From NCBI GenBank assembly GCA_913045445.1, contig CAJWQP010000004.1:1402-65401 (forward strand): a DNA stretch of 64,000 nucleotides. The letters run 5' to 3'. Source of the DNA: an uncultured Nitrospina sp. Lineage in GTDB: Bacteria > Nitrospinota > Nitrospinia > Nitrospinales > VA-1. A model generated the notes under the pieces. That model did no database searches, was not told where the DNA came from, and saw only the letters and a program-made list of their open reading frames with translations. This document shows positions 32,028-42,562 of the stretch, one piece after another. A program made the translations under genes and the position numbers. Numbering within the stretch: the first letter of the stretch is position 1; each line of letters begins with the position of its first letter.

Positions 32028-32264
32028 ATGAAAGCGCAGGATATTAGAGAGCTTACAGAAAAAGAACGGCAGGAAAAGGTAGATGATCTCAGCCAGGAAT
32101 TTTTTAATCTAAAGTTTCAATTAGCCACCGGCAAGATAGAAAATCCGAGCCGGCTCAGGTTTATCCGCAGGGATATTGCCAGGCTTAAAACTATCCTCGG
32201 TGAGTCTGCTGGTCGGGGGGCTAAACCGGCGGAGTCCACTAAAGAAAGTGCTGATAAGGCTTAA
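32028..32264 (+). CDS. rpmC: 50S ribosomal protein L29
   Basis: LRELTEKERQEKVDDLSQEFFNLKFQLATGKIENPSRL, followed by a short C-terminal extension. Confidence 0.95.
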   Translation: MKAQDIRELTEKERQEKVDDLSQEFFNLKFQLATGKIENPSRLRFIRRDIARLKTILGESAGRGAKPAESTKESADKA

Positions 32265-32305
32265 TCGAATTCGCTTGATGAGCGATTTGGTAAACAAGGA
32301 GTTCC

Positions 32306-32593
32306 ATGAGTATTCAGGCAAATAAAAAGACCATGACGGGAGTTGTGGTCAGTAACAAAATGGACAAAACTGTTGTTGTTCGGGTGGAGCGCAAATTCTC
32401 GCATCCTGTTTTCAAGAAAGTGGTCAAGACAACCAAAAAGTATAAGGTGCATGACGAGAAAAATGAGTGTCTGGAAGGGGATTTCATTCGTATTCAGGAA
32501 ACCCGTCCGCTCAGCAAGCAGAAGCGTTGGCGCTTGCTTGATGTTATCACCAGAGAAAAATCGTTGGAAAATGAAAAGGTTGCGCAGTCATGA
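32306..32593 (+). CDS. rpsQ: 30S ribosomal protein S17
   Basis: Motifs [19 protein letters not shown] and [27 protein letters not shown]. Confidence 0.96.
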   Translation: MSIQANKKTMTGVVVSNKMDKTVVVRVERKFSHPVFKKVVKTTKKYKVHDEKNECLEGDFIRIQETRPLSKQKRWRLLDVITREKSLENEKVAQS

Positions 32594-32958
32594 TTCAGTT
32601 AAGAACGGTATTAGATGTTGCTGACAATTCCGGTGCCAAGAAGATTCAGTGCATAAAAGTGCTGGGTGGTTCGGGCAGAAGGTACGCACGCATAGGCGAT
32701 ATTATAGTAGTGGCTGTCAAAGAGGCCGATCCGCGTAGTGCAGTGAAAAAAGGTGAGGTCAGAAAAGCGGTCGTTGTGCGAACGAGAAAAGAAATCCGGC
32801 GAACCAATGGCAGCTACATCAAGTTTGATACCAATTCAGCTGTATTGATAAATGATAGTCGCGAGCCTCTGGGAACCCGTATCTTTGGTCCGGTGGCCAG
32901 GGAGTTGCGTGCCAGGAGATTCATGAGAATTCTTTCCCTAGCCCCCGAGGTACTGTGA
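32590..32958 (+). CDS. rplN: 50S ribosomal protein L14
   Basis: Starts [28 protein letters not shown]. Confidence 0.98.
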   Translation: MIQLRTVLDVADNSGAKKIQCIKVLGGSGRRYARIGDIIVVAVKEADPRSAVKKGEVRKAVVVRTRKEIRRTNGSYIKFDTNSAVLINDSREPLGTRIFGPVARELRARRFMRILSLAPEVL

Positions 32959-33296
32959 TGTCAGTCGCCCAAAAAAAATTCAGTCTTAAAAAAGACGACA
33001 TTGTTCAGGTTATCTCTGGCAAGGAAAAAGGAAAGAAGGGCAAGATTCTGGCTCTCTTTTCTGAGTCGGGCCGGGTGACTATCGAAAAACTTAATATGCT
33101 CAAGAGGCATACGAAGTCCGATGGCAAGTCACGGCAGGGCGGCATTGTGGAAAAAGAAGGGTCTATCCACTTGTCGAATGTTCTCCTTGTTTGTGACAAA
33201 TGTGGAAAAGGCGTTCGCATAAAACGCAAAAAACTTGAAGACGGCAAACGTGTGCGTGTTTGCAAAACTTGCGAAGAGGTCATCGACAGAGTCTGA
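32958..33296 (+). CDS. rplX: 50S ribosomal protein L24 (with Cys4 ribbon CDKCGK...CKTCEE)
   Basis: [22 protein letters not shown] is the KOW domain. The ATG overlaps the rplN stop (TGATG); a GTG at 32955 is an alternative. A Cys4 L24 also occurs in Thermus, as I recall. Confidence 0.95.
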   Translation: MSVAQKKFSLKKDDIVQVISGKEKGKKGKILALFSESGRVTIEKLNMLKRHTKSDGKSRQGGIVEKEGSIHLSNVLLVCDKCGKGVRIKRKKLEDGKRVRVCKTCEEVIDRV

Positions 33297-33297
33297 T

Positions 33298-33837
33298 ATG
33301 GCAAATTTTAAAAAGTTATACAACGAAAAGCTCAAAGGTCAGATTCAGAAGGAGCTGGGCCTTGGAAATGTGATGGAGGTTCCCCGTCTGGACAAAATTG
33401 TCTTGAATGTGGGGCTGGGCGAAGCCTTGCAGAATGGGAAAGTGATTGAGTCCAGCGTGGAGCAGTTGAAATTGATCACAGGGCAGATGCCTGTGGTGAC
33501 CAAGGCTAAAAAGTCAATCGCCAATTTCAAATTGCGCGAGGGCGTACCCATAGGGGTCATGGTTACTTTGCGGGGAACACGCATGTACCATTTCTTTGAA
33601 CGCCTGGTCAGTTTTGCTCTGCCGCGCGAAAGAGATTTTAAGGGTCTGCCTAAAAAGTCTTTTGACGGACGAGGTAACTATTCGATTGGATTGAAAGAGC
33701 AGTTGATCTTTCCTGAGATTGACTACGATAAGATCGAGAAGATTCAGGGAATGAACATCACGATCTGCACCACCGCAAGAACGGATGAAGAAGGCAGATG
33801 CCTGCTCACCCAAATGGGATTGCCATTGCGGAAATAA
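33298..33837 (+). CDS. rplE: 50S ribosomal protein L5
   Basis: The ATG at 33298 gives [43 protein letters not shown]. The track start at 33235 lies inside rplX. Confidence 0.97.
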   Translation: MANFKKLYNEKLKGQIQKELGLGNVMEVPRLDKIVLNVGLGEALQNGKVIESSVEQLKLITGQMPVVTKAKKSIANFKLREGVPIGVMVTLRGTRMYHFFERLVSFALPRERDFKGLPKKSFDGRGNYSIGLKEQLIFPEIDYDKIEKIQGMNITICTTARTDEEGRCLLTQMGLPLRK

Positions 33838-33884
33838 CTTGAATAACGGAAACTCGCGAGACGTTTCCAGGTAGGAAGGGTATT

Positions 33885-34070
33885 ATGGCGAAAAAATCGC
33901 TGGTTGCTAAAGCGCAAAGAAAACAGAAGTTCCAGGTCAGGGAGTACAGTCGGTGTCGGCTGTGTGGTCGCCCAAGGGCGTTCCTGCGTAAGTTTGGCAT
34001 GTGCCGAATATGTTTCCGGGAGAGGGCATTGCTGGGCGAGGTTCCTGGAGTTACCAAATCCAGTTGGTGA
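33885..34070 (+). CDS. rpsN: 30S ribosomal protein S14, short zinc-binding type (type Z)
   Basis: 61 aa, containing [23 protein letters not shown]. Confidence 0.96.
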   Translation: MAKKSLVAKAQRKQKFQVREYSRCRLCGRPRAFLRKFGMCRICFRERALLGEVPGVTKSSW

Positions 34071-34104
34071 ACAACTGATCCAAGTTTAGGAGTTTAGTTT
34101 TGTT

Positions 34105-34497
34105 ATGATGACAGATCCTATAGCTGATCTATTTACGCGCATTCGAAATGGTCTTATGGTGAAACATGATGCCGTCATAATGCCAAATTCGAAAATGAAA
34201 ACCCGTATCGCTGAGATTTTGAGGGATGAGGGTTTCATCAAGAATTTTCGCGTCCGCGAGGATGATAAACAGGGCGTGTTGAAAGTGTATTTGAAATATC
34301 ATGATGGCGATGCCGCCATTAGGGGAATTAAAAGAATTAGTAAACCGGGACGAAGAACCTACGTGTCTGCGAGGGGTATACCCAGGGTTTTGAACGGACT
34401 CGGAATTGCAATCATAACCACATCCTCCGGTGTCATGACCGATGAATTATGTCGGGAAAAAGGTGTCGGCGGTGAAGTTCTGGGTTACATCTGGTAG
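34105..34497 (+). CDS. rpsH: 30S ribosomal protein S8
   Basis: Starts [16 protein letters not shown]. Confidence 0.97.
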   Translation: MMTDPIADLFTRIRNGLMVKHDAVIMPNSKMKTRIAEILRDEGFIKNFRVREDDKQGVLKVYLKYHDGDAAIRGIKRISKPGRRTYVSARGIPRVLNGLGIAIITTSSGVMTDELCREKGVGGEVLGYIW

Positions 34498-34510
34498 CGA
34501 GAAGGGCATT

Positions 34511-35059
34511 ATGTCGAGAGTAGGAAAACAACCAATAACGGTTCCTGCGGGAGTCGAGTGTAAGTTAGATGGTGTGGTCATGAAGGTGAAGGGCCCCAAG
34601 GGCCAGCTCCAGAGAGACCTTCATCCGAATATGAAGATCACGATTGAAAAAGATGTGATCACTGTGACGCGTCCCACAGATGGGCGGATCGATCGATCTC
34701 TGCATGGATTGACACGCACCCTGATCAACAACATGGTCGTTGGGGTGACTGAGGGGTTTTCAAAAACTCTCAATATTGTTGGTGTGGGTTACAAGGTGGA
34801 TTTAAAGGGTAAGGACTTGAACCTAAGTCTGGGTTTTTCCCATCCTGTTATCTACCCTTCGGCAAATGGAGTTGAGTTTGACGTTGACAGTAAGAAGAAT
34901 GTGATTGTCGTTAAGGGGATCAATAAAGAAGCGGTTGGACAAGCGGCCGCCGAAATTAGAAAGATAAGGCCTCCCGAGCCATATAAAGGTAAAGGGGTTA
35001 TGTACGCCAATGAAAAAATCCGTAGGAAGGCAGGTAAGACCGCGGCAAGTGGAGGATAA
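34511..35059 (+). CDS. rplF: 50S ribosomal protein L6
   Basis: The ATG at 34511 gives MSRVGKQPITVPAGVEC. The track start at 34442 lies inside rpsH. Confidence 0.96.
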   Translation: MSRVGKQPITVPAGVECKLDGVVMKVKGPKGQLQRDLHPNMKITIEKDVITVTRPTDGRIDRSLHGLTRTLINNMVVGVTEGFSKTLNIVGVGYKVDLKGKDLNLSLGFSHPVIYPSANGVEFDVDSKKNVIVVKGINKEAVGQAAAEIRKIRPPEPYKGKGVMYANEKIRRKAGKTAASGG

Positions 35060-35071
35060 CCTGAAAAAAAT

Positions 35072-35437
35072 ATGAAGACCTTGGATAGAGAAAGACTCAG
35101 AATTAATCGCAAGAGGCGCGTTAAAAACCGTGTGCAAAGGAACAGGGAAAAGCTTCGCTTGACCGTGTTTAGAAGTGCCAAGCATATTTACGCACAGATT
35201 GTTAATGACATAGACGGGAAAACTTTGCTGTCTGAATCCACGATGACACCGGCGTTTCGCGAGAAAATGAAGAACGGGGGCAATACCCAGGCGGCGACTC
35301 TGGTGGGAAATATGCTTGGAGAAAAAGCGGTTCAGCAAGGGATTAAGGAAGTTTACTACGATAGAAATGGTTTTCTCTACGCGGGTCGGATCAAGGCTTT
35401 GGCCGATGGTGTGAGGGAAAAGGGCGTTAAATTTTAA
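35072..35437 (+). CDS. rplR: 50S ribosomal protein L18
   Basis: Motifs RLTVFRSAKHIYAQIVND and YDRNGFLYAGRIKALADGVREKG. Confidence 0.96.
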   Translation: MKTLDRERLRINRKRRVKNRVQRNREKLRLTVFRSAKHIYAQIVNDIDGKTLLSESTMTPAFREKMKNGGNTQAATLVGNMLGEKAVQQGIKEVYYDRNGFLYAGRIKALADGVREKGVKF

Positions 35438-35519
35438 ATCGGATTTAAGTTTTAAATCAAACTGTTGAGATGTCGATCTCATTGGAAGGTTCGACCGGAC
35501 AGCATCTTGGAGGCGATCA

Positions 35520-36020
35520 TTGCGAGAGCAAAAGGAAGTTAAGCAAGAATATGTTGACAAGGTAGTCAAGATCAACCGTGTGGCGAAGGTGGTCAAAGGC
35601 GGACGAAGGTTCAGCTTTAGCGCTCTTGTTGTGGTTGGCGACCGCGAAGGTTCTATCGGTTGGGGACTTGGTAAAGCAAACGAAGTGCCGGAGGCGATTC
35701 GTAAAGGTGTTGAGAGAGCCAAGCGGGACATGATCCAGATTTCACTGGATGGAGCTACCATTCCACATGAAGTGATCGGAGCTTACGGTGCGGGGCGGGT
35801 TGTCATGCGTCCGGCATCCAGAGGAACGGGATTGATCGCGGGCGGTGCTGTGCGCGCGGTGCTGGAGGCGGTTGGTGTCAGAGATGTTTTGACCAAGAGT
35901 TTGCGAACCAACAACCCTCATAATGTAGTCAAGGCCACCATTGAGGGGCTGACAAAGCTAAGAGACTCCAAACACTATTCTGCCGTGAGAGGCAAAAAAA
36001 TGAAAGCGGATGCTTCGTGA
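35520..36020 (+). CDS. rpsE: 30S ribosomal protein S5
   Basis: Contains [40 protein letters not shown] start 7 nt after GGAGG. Confidence 0.96.
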   Translation: MREQKEVKQEYVDKVVKINRVAKVVKGGRRFSFSALVVVGDREGSIGWGLGKANEVPEAIRKGVERAKRDMIQISLDGATIPHEVIGAYGAGRVVMRPASRGTGLIAGGAVRAVLEAVGVRDVLTKSLRTNNPHNVVKATIEGLTKLRDSKHYSAVRGKKMKADAS

Positions 36021-36030
36021 GTGAGGTTAT

Positions 36031-36468
36031 ATGAAATTATCTGAATTGAGAGCAGTTCCAGGCAGTCGCAAGAATAGAAAGCGGATAGGACGCGGTCCTG
36101 GTTCTGGAACGGGCAAAACTTCTGGCAAGGGCCAAAAAGGTCAGAAGTCCAGATCTGGCGGAAATCCTCACCCCTGGTTTGAGGGAGGGCAGATGCCCTT
36201 GTACAGGCGATTGCCTAAGCGAGGGTTCACTAATATATTCAGGAAGGAGTACGTGATTGTCAACGTCAGCCAGTTGGAAGGCTTGGGTGCTGGCGATCCT
36301 GTGACTCCGGAGGTGATGAAAGAAAAGGGACTGATCCGTAAGTTGGGTTCTGTGAAAATTCTGGGTAATGGCGAATTGTCGGGTGCTGTCACGGTGCATG
36401 CTCATAAATTCAGCCGATCGGCAGTAGAGAAGATAGAAAAATCTGGTGGAAAGGCCGTAACCGTTTAG
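36031..36468 (+). CDS. rplO: 50S ribosomal protein L15
   Basis: Contains [28 protein letters not shown]. It directly follows rpsE, so no rpmD/L30 gene lies between them. Confidence 0.96.
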   Translation: MKLSELRAVPGSRKNRKRIGRGPGSGTGKTSGKGQKGQKSRSGGNPHPWFEGGQMPLYRRLPKRGFTNIFRKEYVIVNVSQLEGLGAGDPVTPEVMKEKGLIRKLGSVKILGNGELSGAVTVHAHKFSRSAVEKIEKSGGKAVTV

Positions 36469-37785
36469 ATGAGTGGCGCTGAGTCGTTTGGAAATTTATT
36501 CAGGGTTCCCGAGCTTAAAAAGAAGATTTTTTTTACGCTGGGAATGCTGGTGGTTTATCGAATTGGAGCCCATATTCCCACACCGGGAATTAATTCCGTG
36601 GCGCTTGCAGAGATGTTTGCCCGCGCGCAGGGAACTATTTTAGGTTTTTTCGATATGTTCTCCGGCGGAGCACTCAGTCGGTTGACGATATTTGCTCTGG
36701 GTATCATGCCCTACATCAGCGCGTCCATCATCATTCAGCTGATGACGATGGTTTCTCCCTATCTGGCGCGTCTTAAAAAAGAGGGAGAGCAGGGACAGAA
36801 AAAAATTACGCAGTACACGCGTTACGGAACCATTGTCCTCAGTATGGTTCAAAGTTCTGGTATCGCTGTAGGGTTGGAGGCGATGAAAAGCCCAACGGGT
36901 AACCCGATTGTTCCTATGCCGGGATGGTCGTTTCGGGTGATGACGGTCTTAACCCTGACCGCTGGAACCGCTTTCCTGATGTGGCTTGGTGAGCAGATCA
37001 CGGAGCGGGGCATTGGCAACGGAATCTCGCTGATTATATTTTCCGGTATTGTGGCAGGAACGCCAGCCGCTATTTTTCAGTCGATGGACCTGATGGGCAC
37101 CGGAGAAATGTCTGTGCTGGTCATGCTCTTTTTGCTGGTGTTTATGGCCGCAGTTGTTGGTGTGATTGTGTTTACGGAGGGCGGTCAGAGAAGGATTCCC
37201 GTTCAGTACGCCAAGCGTGTGGTGGGACGAAAAATGTATGGAGGGCAAAGCACGCATTTGCCGCTTAAAGTGAATACGTCGGGAGTTATACCGCCAATAT
37301 TTGCTTCCTCCATCATCATGTTTCCGGCAACCATTGCTCAGTTTATTACCCATCCGTGGATGCAAAATATATCCGCGATGCTGACGCCAGGTACGATCGT
37401 TTACAGTTTGATCTTTGTCGGGGCGATATTTTTCTTTTGTTATTTTTACACGGCAGTCATTTTCAATCCGGTTGACGTGGCAGACAATATGAAAAAGTAT
37501 GGAGGTTATGTTCCGGGTGTTCGGCCGGGGGCAAAAACCTCAGATTACATTGATGATATTTTGTCGAAGATAACTTTTTACGGTGCGATCTACCTTTCTT
37601 TGATCTGTATTTTGCCGGATTATCTGATAAAATATTTCAACATTCCGTTTTATTTTGGTGGCACCAGTCTCTTGATTGTAGTGGGAGTTTCGTTGGATAC
37701 CATGCAACAAATGGAGTCGCATCTCGTAATGAGAAATTATGACGGATTTATGAAAAAAGGGAAGCTGAAAGGCCGTCGGGGTTGA
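36469..37785 (+). CDS. secY: preprotein translocase subunit SecY
   Basis: 438 aa, multi-TM. Motifs are FALGIMPYISASIIIQL and GGQSTHLPLKVNTSGVIPPIFASS. Confidence 0.98.
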   Translation: MSGAESFGNLFRVPELKKKIFFTLGMLVVYRIGAHIPTPGINSVALAEMFARAQGTILGFFDMFSGGALSRLTIFALGIMPYISASIIIQLMTMVSPYLARLKKEGEQGQKKITQYTRYGTIVLSMVQSSGIAVGLEAMKSPTGNPIVPMPGWSFRVMTVLTLTAGTAFLMWLGEQITERGIGNGISLIIFSGIVAGTPAAIFQSMDLMGTGEMSVLVMLFLLVFMAAVVGVIVFTEGGQRRIPVQYAKRVVGRKMYGGQSTHLPLKVNTSGVIPPIFASSIIMFPATIAQFITHPWMQNISAMLTPGTIVYSLIFVGAIFFFCYFYTAVIFNPVDVADNMKKYGGYVPGVRPGAKTSDYIDDILSKITFYGAIYLSLICILPDYLIKYFNIPFYFGGTSLLIVVGVSLDTMQQMESHLVMRNYDGFMKKGKLKGRRG

Positions 37786-37788
37786 TCC

Positions 37789-38436
37789 ATGAGGCTTATC
37801 CTGCTCGGTCCGCCGGGGGCGGGCAAAGGAACCCAGGCCAAGATGTTGATGGAAAGATTCCAGATACCGCAAATTTCCACAGGAGATATTCTCAGGAAAG
37901 CGGTTCAGGAAGGTAACGAACTTGGGCGACAGGCAAAAATTTGTATGGATGCCGGGAGACTGGTTCAAGATGATGTTGTTATTGGCTTGATCAGAGAACG
38001 CATTGTAGAGAAAGACTGTCAAGGCGGGTTTATCCTTGACGGGTTTCCGCGAACCATTGTTCAGGCTGAAAAGCTGACGGAAACCTTGAAGGCAATGAAC
38101 TTGTCGATTGGCGCGGTCGTTGACTTCGAAGTTGATAACGATGAATTGGTCAACCGGTTGACCGGACGCAGTACCTGCCCTGATTGTGGGGCCATGTTTC
38201 ACAAAACGTCTCGCCCGCCTGTTAAGAGTGGTATTTGCGATGGTTGTGGAGGATCGCTCTACCAGAGGGATGACGACAAGGAGGAAACGATCAAAAAAAG
38301 GCTTGAGGTTTATCAGGACGAAACGGCTCCCCTGAAGGAGTTTTATCGAAAACAAGGCAACCTGAAAACTGCCCAGGGTTATGGGACGGTGGAGGAGATT
38401 TTCTCAAGGGTTTGCGACATGGTGTCTGAAATATGA
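37789..38436 (+). CDS. adk: adenylate kinase (Cys4 zinc lid)
   Basis: [17 protein letters not shown], with the lid CPDCGAMFH...[14 protein letters not shown]. Confidence 0.97.
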   Translation: MRLILLGPPGAGKGTQAKMLMERFQIPQISTGDILRKAVQEGNELGRQAKICMDAGRLVQDDVVIGLIRERIVEKDCQGGFILDGFPRTIVQAEKLTETLKAMNLSIGAVVDFEVDNDELVNRLTGRSTCPDCGAMFHKTSRPPVKSGICDGCGGSLYQRDDDKEETIKKRLEVYQDETAPLKEFYRKQGNLKTAQGYGTVEEIFSRVCDMVSEI

Positions 38437-38651
38437 CCAAGGAAGATTCGATAGAAGTTGAGGGTACCGTATTAGAACCTTTACCCAATGCGATGTTCAG
38501 GGTTGAGCTTGAGAACGGGCATAAAATACTTGCTCATATTTCAGGAAAGATGAGATTGCACTTCATCCGAATACTCAGCGGAGACAAGGTCAAGGTGCAA
38601 CTGTCGCCTTACGACCTGACCCGGGGGCGCATTACCTACAGGTACAAATAG
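38433..38651 (+). CDS. infA: translation initiation factor IF-1
   Basis: Contains [39 protein letters not shown]. It overlaps the adk stop by 4 nt. Confidence 0.97.
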   Translation: MTKEDSIEVEGTVLEPLPNAMFRVELENGHKILAHISGKMRLHFIRILSGDKVKVQLSPYDLTRGRITYRYK

Positions 38652-38660
38652 GAAGAGATT

Positions 38661-38774
38661 ATGAAAGTAAGATCATCAGTAAAGCCAATTTGTAAAAAGT
38701 GTAAAGTTATCCGGAGACAAGGAGTCATTCGGGTGATTTGTGAGAATCCAAAGCATAAACAAAGGCAGGGATAA
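38661..38774 (+). CDS. rpmJ: 50S ribosomal protein L36 (Cys3His form)
   Basis: 37-aa ORF missed by the track: [37 protein letters not shown]. Confidence 0.96.
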   Translation: MKVRSSVKPICKKCKVIRRQGVIRVICENPKHKQRQG

Positions 38775-38806
38775 GTATTCCCCTGAGGTTTTGAAAAGGA
38801 GAAATC

Positions 38807-39178
38807 GTGGGACGTATTTCCGGTATAGACATTCCAAGAGACAAGAGGACAGTCATTGCGCTGACCTATGTTTACGGAATCGGGAAATCCTCTTCCAGCA
38901 AAATCCTGAAGCAGGCTGAGATCAGCGAAGACACCCGTATCAAGGATTTGACAGAGGACGAGATTTCACGCATCCGATCAATTATCGATAAAGATTATGA
39001 AGTGGAAGGGGACCTCCGCCGTTCGGTTAATATGAATATCAAGCGGTTGATGGATATCGGGGCCTATCGGGGTTTGCGTCATCGTAGAGGGCTTCCCGTT
39101 CGTGGCCAACGAACTCATACCAATGCGAGAAGCCGGAAGGGACCTAAAAAGACTGTTGGTGCCCGTACGAAAAAATAA
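38807..39178 (+). CDS. rpsM: 30S ribosomal protein S13
   Basis: GTG start. Motifs [24 protein letters not shown] and [17 protein letters not shown]. Confidence 0.96.
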   Translation: MGRISGIDIPRDKRTVIALTYVYGIGKSSSSKILKQAEISEDTRIKDLTEDEISRIRSIIDKDYEVEGDLRRSVNMNIKRLMDIGAYRGLRHRRGLPVRGQRTHTNARSRKGPKKTVGARTKK

Positions 39179-39194
39179 CTGAGGAAAATGATTT

Positions 39195-39590
39195 ATGGCT
39201 ACAGATAAGAGTAAAAAAGGCGGGAAGAAGAAAAGTAAAAACGCTCCCGAATTGGGGGTCGCTCATATCCAGGCGACGTTTAATAATACCATTGTGACTA
39301 TCGCTGACTTGTCGGGCAATGTCCTGTCATGGTCCAGTGCAGGGGCGCAGGGTTTTAAAGGGTCCCGAAAAAGCACCCCTTTCGCGGCTCAAGTTGCGGC
39401 GGAGAAGGCGGCAATCAAAGTTAAGGATATGGGAATGAAAAAACTGGAAGTTCATGTTAAGGGGCCGGGTTCCGGACGCGAATCCGCCATTCGATCACTG
39501 CAGGCCACGGGAATGGAGATTGTAGTCATTAGGGATAGAACACCAACTCCTCATAATGGTTGTCGGCCGAGAAAGCGCAGGAGAGTTTAA
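39195..39590 (+). CDS. rpsK: 30S ribosomal protein S11
   Basis: Motifs [36 protein letters not shown] and [15 protein letters not shown]. Confidence 0.97.
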   Translation: MATDKSKKGGKKKSKNAPELGVAHIQATFNNTIVTIADLSGNVLSWSSAGAQGFKGSRKSTPFAAQVAAEKAAIKVKDMGMKKLEVHVKGPGSGRESAIRSLQATGMEIVVIRDRTPTPHNGCRPRKRRRV

Positions 39591-39620
39591 TGTCAATCTT
39601 CAATTTGGGAGAGTAAGATT

Positions 39621-40247
39621 TTGGCAAGATATACAGGTTCTGTTTGCCGTTTGTGCCGACGCGAAGGCATGAAATTATTTTTAAAAGGTTACCGATGCGA
39701 GACCGCAAAGTGTGCGATTGAGAAGCGTGCATACGCTCCAGGTCAACACGGTCAGGGTCGTAAAAAGTTTTCTGAATACGGTCTTCAACTTCGCGAGAAA
39801 CAGAAAGTTAAGAGAATTTATGGAGTGCTTGAAAAGCCGTTCCGTACCGCCTTTGCCCATGCTGAGCGCAAAAAAGGTATTGCCGGTGAGAACCTTTTGC
39901 AAAGTCTTGAACTGCGTATGGACAATGTAGTTTTCAGAATGGGATTGGCTCCGTCCAGAAATGCCGCAAGGCAACTGGTCCGACATAATCACTTCACGGT
40001 CAATGGAAAGAAGGTGAACATTCCTTCTTACATTTTGAGTAAAGGCGATGAGATAGCGCCTAGCCAGAAGAAAGTTGATAAATTTCCGATCAAGACCGCG
40101 TTGCAGAATATGAAAGATAAAAATCAGCCTCACTGGTTGGCATTTGATGTGGAGAGTAAAAAAGGTATTGTGCAGGACCTGCCAACGAGAGAGGACATTA
40201 CCATTCCCATCCAGGAACAGTTAATCGTCGAGCTTTATTCTCGATAA
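39621..40247 (+). CDS. rpsD: 30S ribosomal protein S4
   Basis: TTG start. Motifs (M)[22 protein letters not shown] and [10 protein letters not shown]. Confidence 0.96.
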   Translation: MARYTGSVCRLCRREGMKLFLKGYRCETAKCAIEKRAYAPGQHGQGRKKFSEYGLQLREKQKVKRIYGVLEKPFRTAFAHAERKKGIAGENLLQSLELRMDNVVFRMGLAPSRNAARQLVRHNHFTVNGKKVNIPSYILSKGDEIAPSQKKVDKFPIKTALQNMKDKNQPHWLAFDVESKKGIVQDLPTREDITIPIQEQLIVELYSR

Positions 40248-40319
40248 TGGCCCTTATTGTTCCTGAAAACTATTACAAACGTATTTTATTGACCACTTAC
40301 CAGGAGGGCTGGAGGCTAT

Positions 40320-41348
40320 ATGTTTAACGCTCAAGGAATCGTTAAACCCAAACGCTTGGAATTCGAAAAGAACACGAAGACCGATGTGTACGGCAAGTTT
40401 TCTGCCGGGCCGTTCGAAAGAGGGTACGGAGTCACCATAGGAAACTCGCTTAGAAGAATGCTCCTGTCGTCTATAGAAGGAGCCGCTATCGTTGCCATCA
40501 AATTCGAGGGAATTTTTCACGAATTTTCATCCGTTCCCGGAGTTGTTGAAGACGTGACCGAGATCATTCTTAACCTCAAGCAAGTCAACCTTAAGATGGC
40601 TGATGGAGCTCAGGAGAAACGAATTCATTTAAAGAAAGATACACCAGGTAAGGTCTACGCTAAAGACATTACCAGCGATTCGCAAATTACAGTTCTTAAT
40701 CCCGATCATCCGATTGCGACACTTGATAAGAACGGTAAGCTCGATATGGAGATGATCGTGCGTAATGGCAGGGGCTATGTTCCTGCAGAAAAGCAGGAGA
40801 TAGAGGGGGAGTCGGTGCAAATGATTCCTGTCGATTCAATTTTTTCTCCTCTTGAAAAAGTTTGTTATCACATCGAGAAGACACGAGTAGGGCAATCCAC
40901 CGATTACGATTTGCTGGTCATGGAGATGTGGACCAACGGAGGAATCACACCGGAAGATGGTGTCGCGCATGCCGCGAAGATCGTAAAAGATCATATGCAG
41001 ATCTTCATCAACTTTGATGAAGAACCGGAACCGGTTCAGCCGCAGATAGACGAAAAGAAACAGAAAGTTTTATCCAACCTCTCCAAGAGTGTGGAAGAGC
41101 TGGAACTGTCCGTTCGTTCATACAACTGTTTGAAAAACGCCAATATCCAAACCATTGCCGAACTGGTTCAGAAAACAGATTCGGAAATGCTTAAAACAAG
41201 AAACTTTGGCCGCAAATCTCTGAACGAGATCAAGGAAATTCTCGAAGATATGGGTTTGCATCTGGGTATCAAGCTCGAGGAAGATGACCTGAAGCAAATC
41301 ACCCAGGCCAGAAAGAAAAAAGAAGTCGAAGCCGACGTCGAGGTTTGA
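40320..41348 (+). CDS. rpoA: DNA-directed RNA polymerase subunit alpha
   Basis: 342 aa. Contains [21 protein letters not shown], and the C-terminal domain has [23 protein letters not shown]. Confidence 0.98.
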   Translation: MFNAQGIVKPKRLEFEKNTKTDVYGKFSAGPFERGYGVTIGNSLRRMLLSSIEGAAIVAIKFEGIFHEFSSVPGVVEDVTEIILNLKQVNLKMADGAQEKRIHLKKDTPGKVYAKDITSDSQITVLNPDHPIATLDKNGKLDMEMIVRNGRGYVPAEKQEIEGESVQMIPVDSIFSPLEKVCYHIEKTRVGQSTDYDLLVMEMWTNGGITPEDGVAHAAKIVKDHMQIFINFDEEPEPVQPQIDEKKQKVLSNLSKSVEELELSVRSYNCLKNANIQTIAELVQKTDSEMLKTRNFGRKSLNEIKEILEDMGLHLGIKLEEDDLKQITQARKKKEVEADVEV

Positions 41349-41391
41349 CCGAGCTTAAAAGAAACATTAATTTCAGGAGTGATCCAGGGTC

Positions 41392-41973
41392 ATGCGTCAT
41401 TTAAAAGCTGGCAGAAAGCTAAATCGTACATCAGCGCACCGAAAAGCGTTATTCAGGAATATGGTGACTGCCCTGATTAGGCGGGAGCGGATTCGTACCA
41501 CTTTGGCCAAAGCCAAAGAGTTGCGTGGAAAGGTCGAAAGGACCATTACGCTCGGAAAAAAAGGAACCTTACATGCTCGCCGTAACGCTATGAAATTGGT
41601 TGCCGACAAGGATTCCTTGAAAAAAATATTTGGTCCTCTTGCCGAGAGATATGCCAGCCGTCCGGGTGGGTACACTCGTGTCATTAAGCTGGGGCATCGG
41701 CTTGGGGATGACGCCCCCATGGCATTTATTGAGTTAGTGGATCGCGAAGGCGAAGCGGCGCCAAAGGCTCCTGTAAAAGGGAAAAAGCAAGCCAAGGCCC
41801 CTGCGAAGAAAGCCACTGCTGAAAAATCCGGCGATGCGAAAAAGAAAGTAGCGGATACCGCTAAGAAGAAAGATGAGGGAGAAAAGAAAAAAGCTCCCAC
41901 AAAGGAGAAAAAGGAAACCAAGGCTCCTGCAAAGAAAAAAGAAGAGAAAAAAGGCAAAGACGAAAAAAAGTAA
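41392..41973 (+). CDS. rplQ: 50S ribosomal protein L17 with ~75-aa Lys/Ala/Glu-rich C-terminal extension
   Basis: [24 protein letters not shown]...[26 protein letters not shown], then a tail rich in KKA/PAKK/EKK. Confidence 0.96.
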   Translation: MRHLKAGRKLNRTSAHRKALFRNMVTALIRRERIRTTLAKAKELRGKVERTITLGKKGTLHARRNAMKLVADKDSLKKIFGPLAERYASRPGGYTRVIKLGHRLGDDAPMAFIELVDREGEAAPKAPVKGKKQAKAPAKKATAEKSGDAKKKVADTAKKKDEGEKKKAPTKEKKETKAPAKKKEEKKGKDEKK

Positions 41974-42014
41974 GCCTGCCTTAGGTTGGCAGCAAAAATC
42001 TCACCTGAAAAACA

Positions 42015-42431
42015 TCACACACAATTCGGGCGTATGCCCGTTGGGTCTTGCTTGAACCTGAAGTTTGTGTTCTCCTTGATGTATTCCAGCAGATCATCAT
42101 AGCTCTTGAAGTGATCGCTGAATCCATAATCATCCCCCGTGTACTCGCAGTTTTCCACACTGTGTTCTTTGCACAAGTAGGGACGGGTTTCATAAATCCC
42201 GCATTTATTGTCCGGGGTCAGGAAATTGCAACGGGTATGGATCATGATGTACCACTGGTTGCGATAGACATAGACCGACACCTTATCGTGAGCCAGTTTC
42301 CATAGCAGGCATTCATAATCCTTCCGGTCTTCAGGCTCGTCTATTCCAAAAGCAAAATAGTTACAGCAGAATGCAGGAAGACACTTTTCGCACTGATGCG
42401 TGTCGTCTCGCGGATTGTTGTTGTTTGCCAT
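42015..42431 (-). CDS. YkgJ-family (CxxCxxCC-type) cysteine-cluster protein
   Basis: Motifs CEKCLPAFCCNYF and CNFLTPDNKCGIYETRPYLCKEH. These match the UPF0153/YkgJ pattern as I recall it. Confidence 0.75.
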   Translation of the reverse strand: MANNNNPRDDTHQCEKCLPAFCCNYFAFGIDEPEDRKDYECLLWKLAHDKVSVYVYRNQWYIMIHTRCNFLTPDNKCGIYETRPYLCKEHSVENCEYTGDDYGFSDHFKSYDDLLEYIKENTNFRFKQDPTGIRPNCV

Positions 42432-42562
42432 GAATGATTCCTTGTGATTTGTTAAACGGACTCCAGATATTTGTCATCGCTACGGGTAGCCATGCAGGTC
42501 CTCTACCGATTGGAAAGCCATTTTGCCGTCAAAACATCAGCAAGTCAATTGTGAACGTATAA

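Noticed and set aside
41397-41957. 186-aa minus-strand ORF rich in F/S/A
   Set aside because: It is an antisense artefact of the purine-rich Lys/Glu/Ala codons of the L17 tail.
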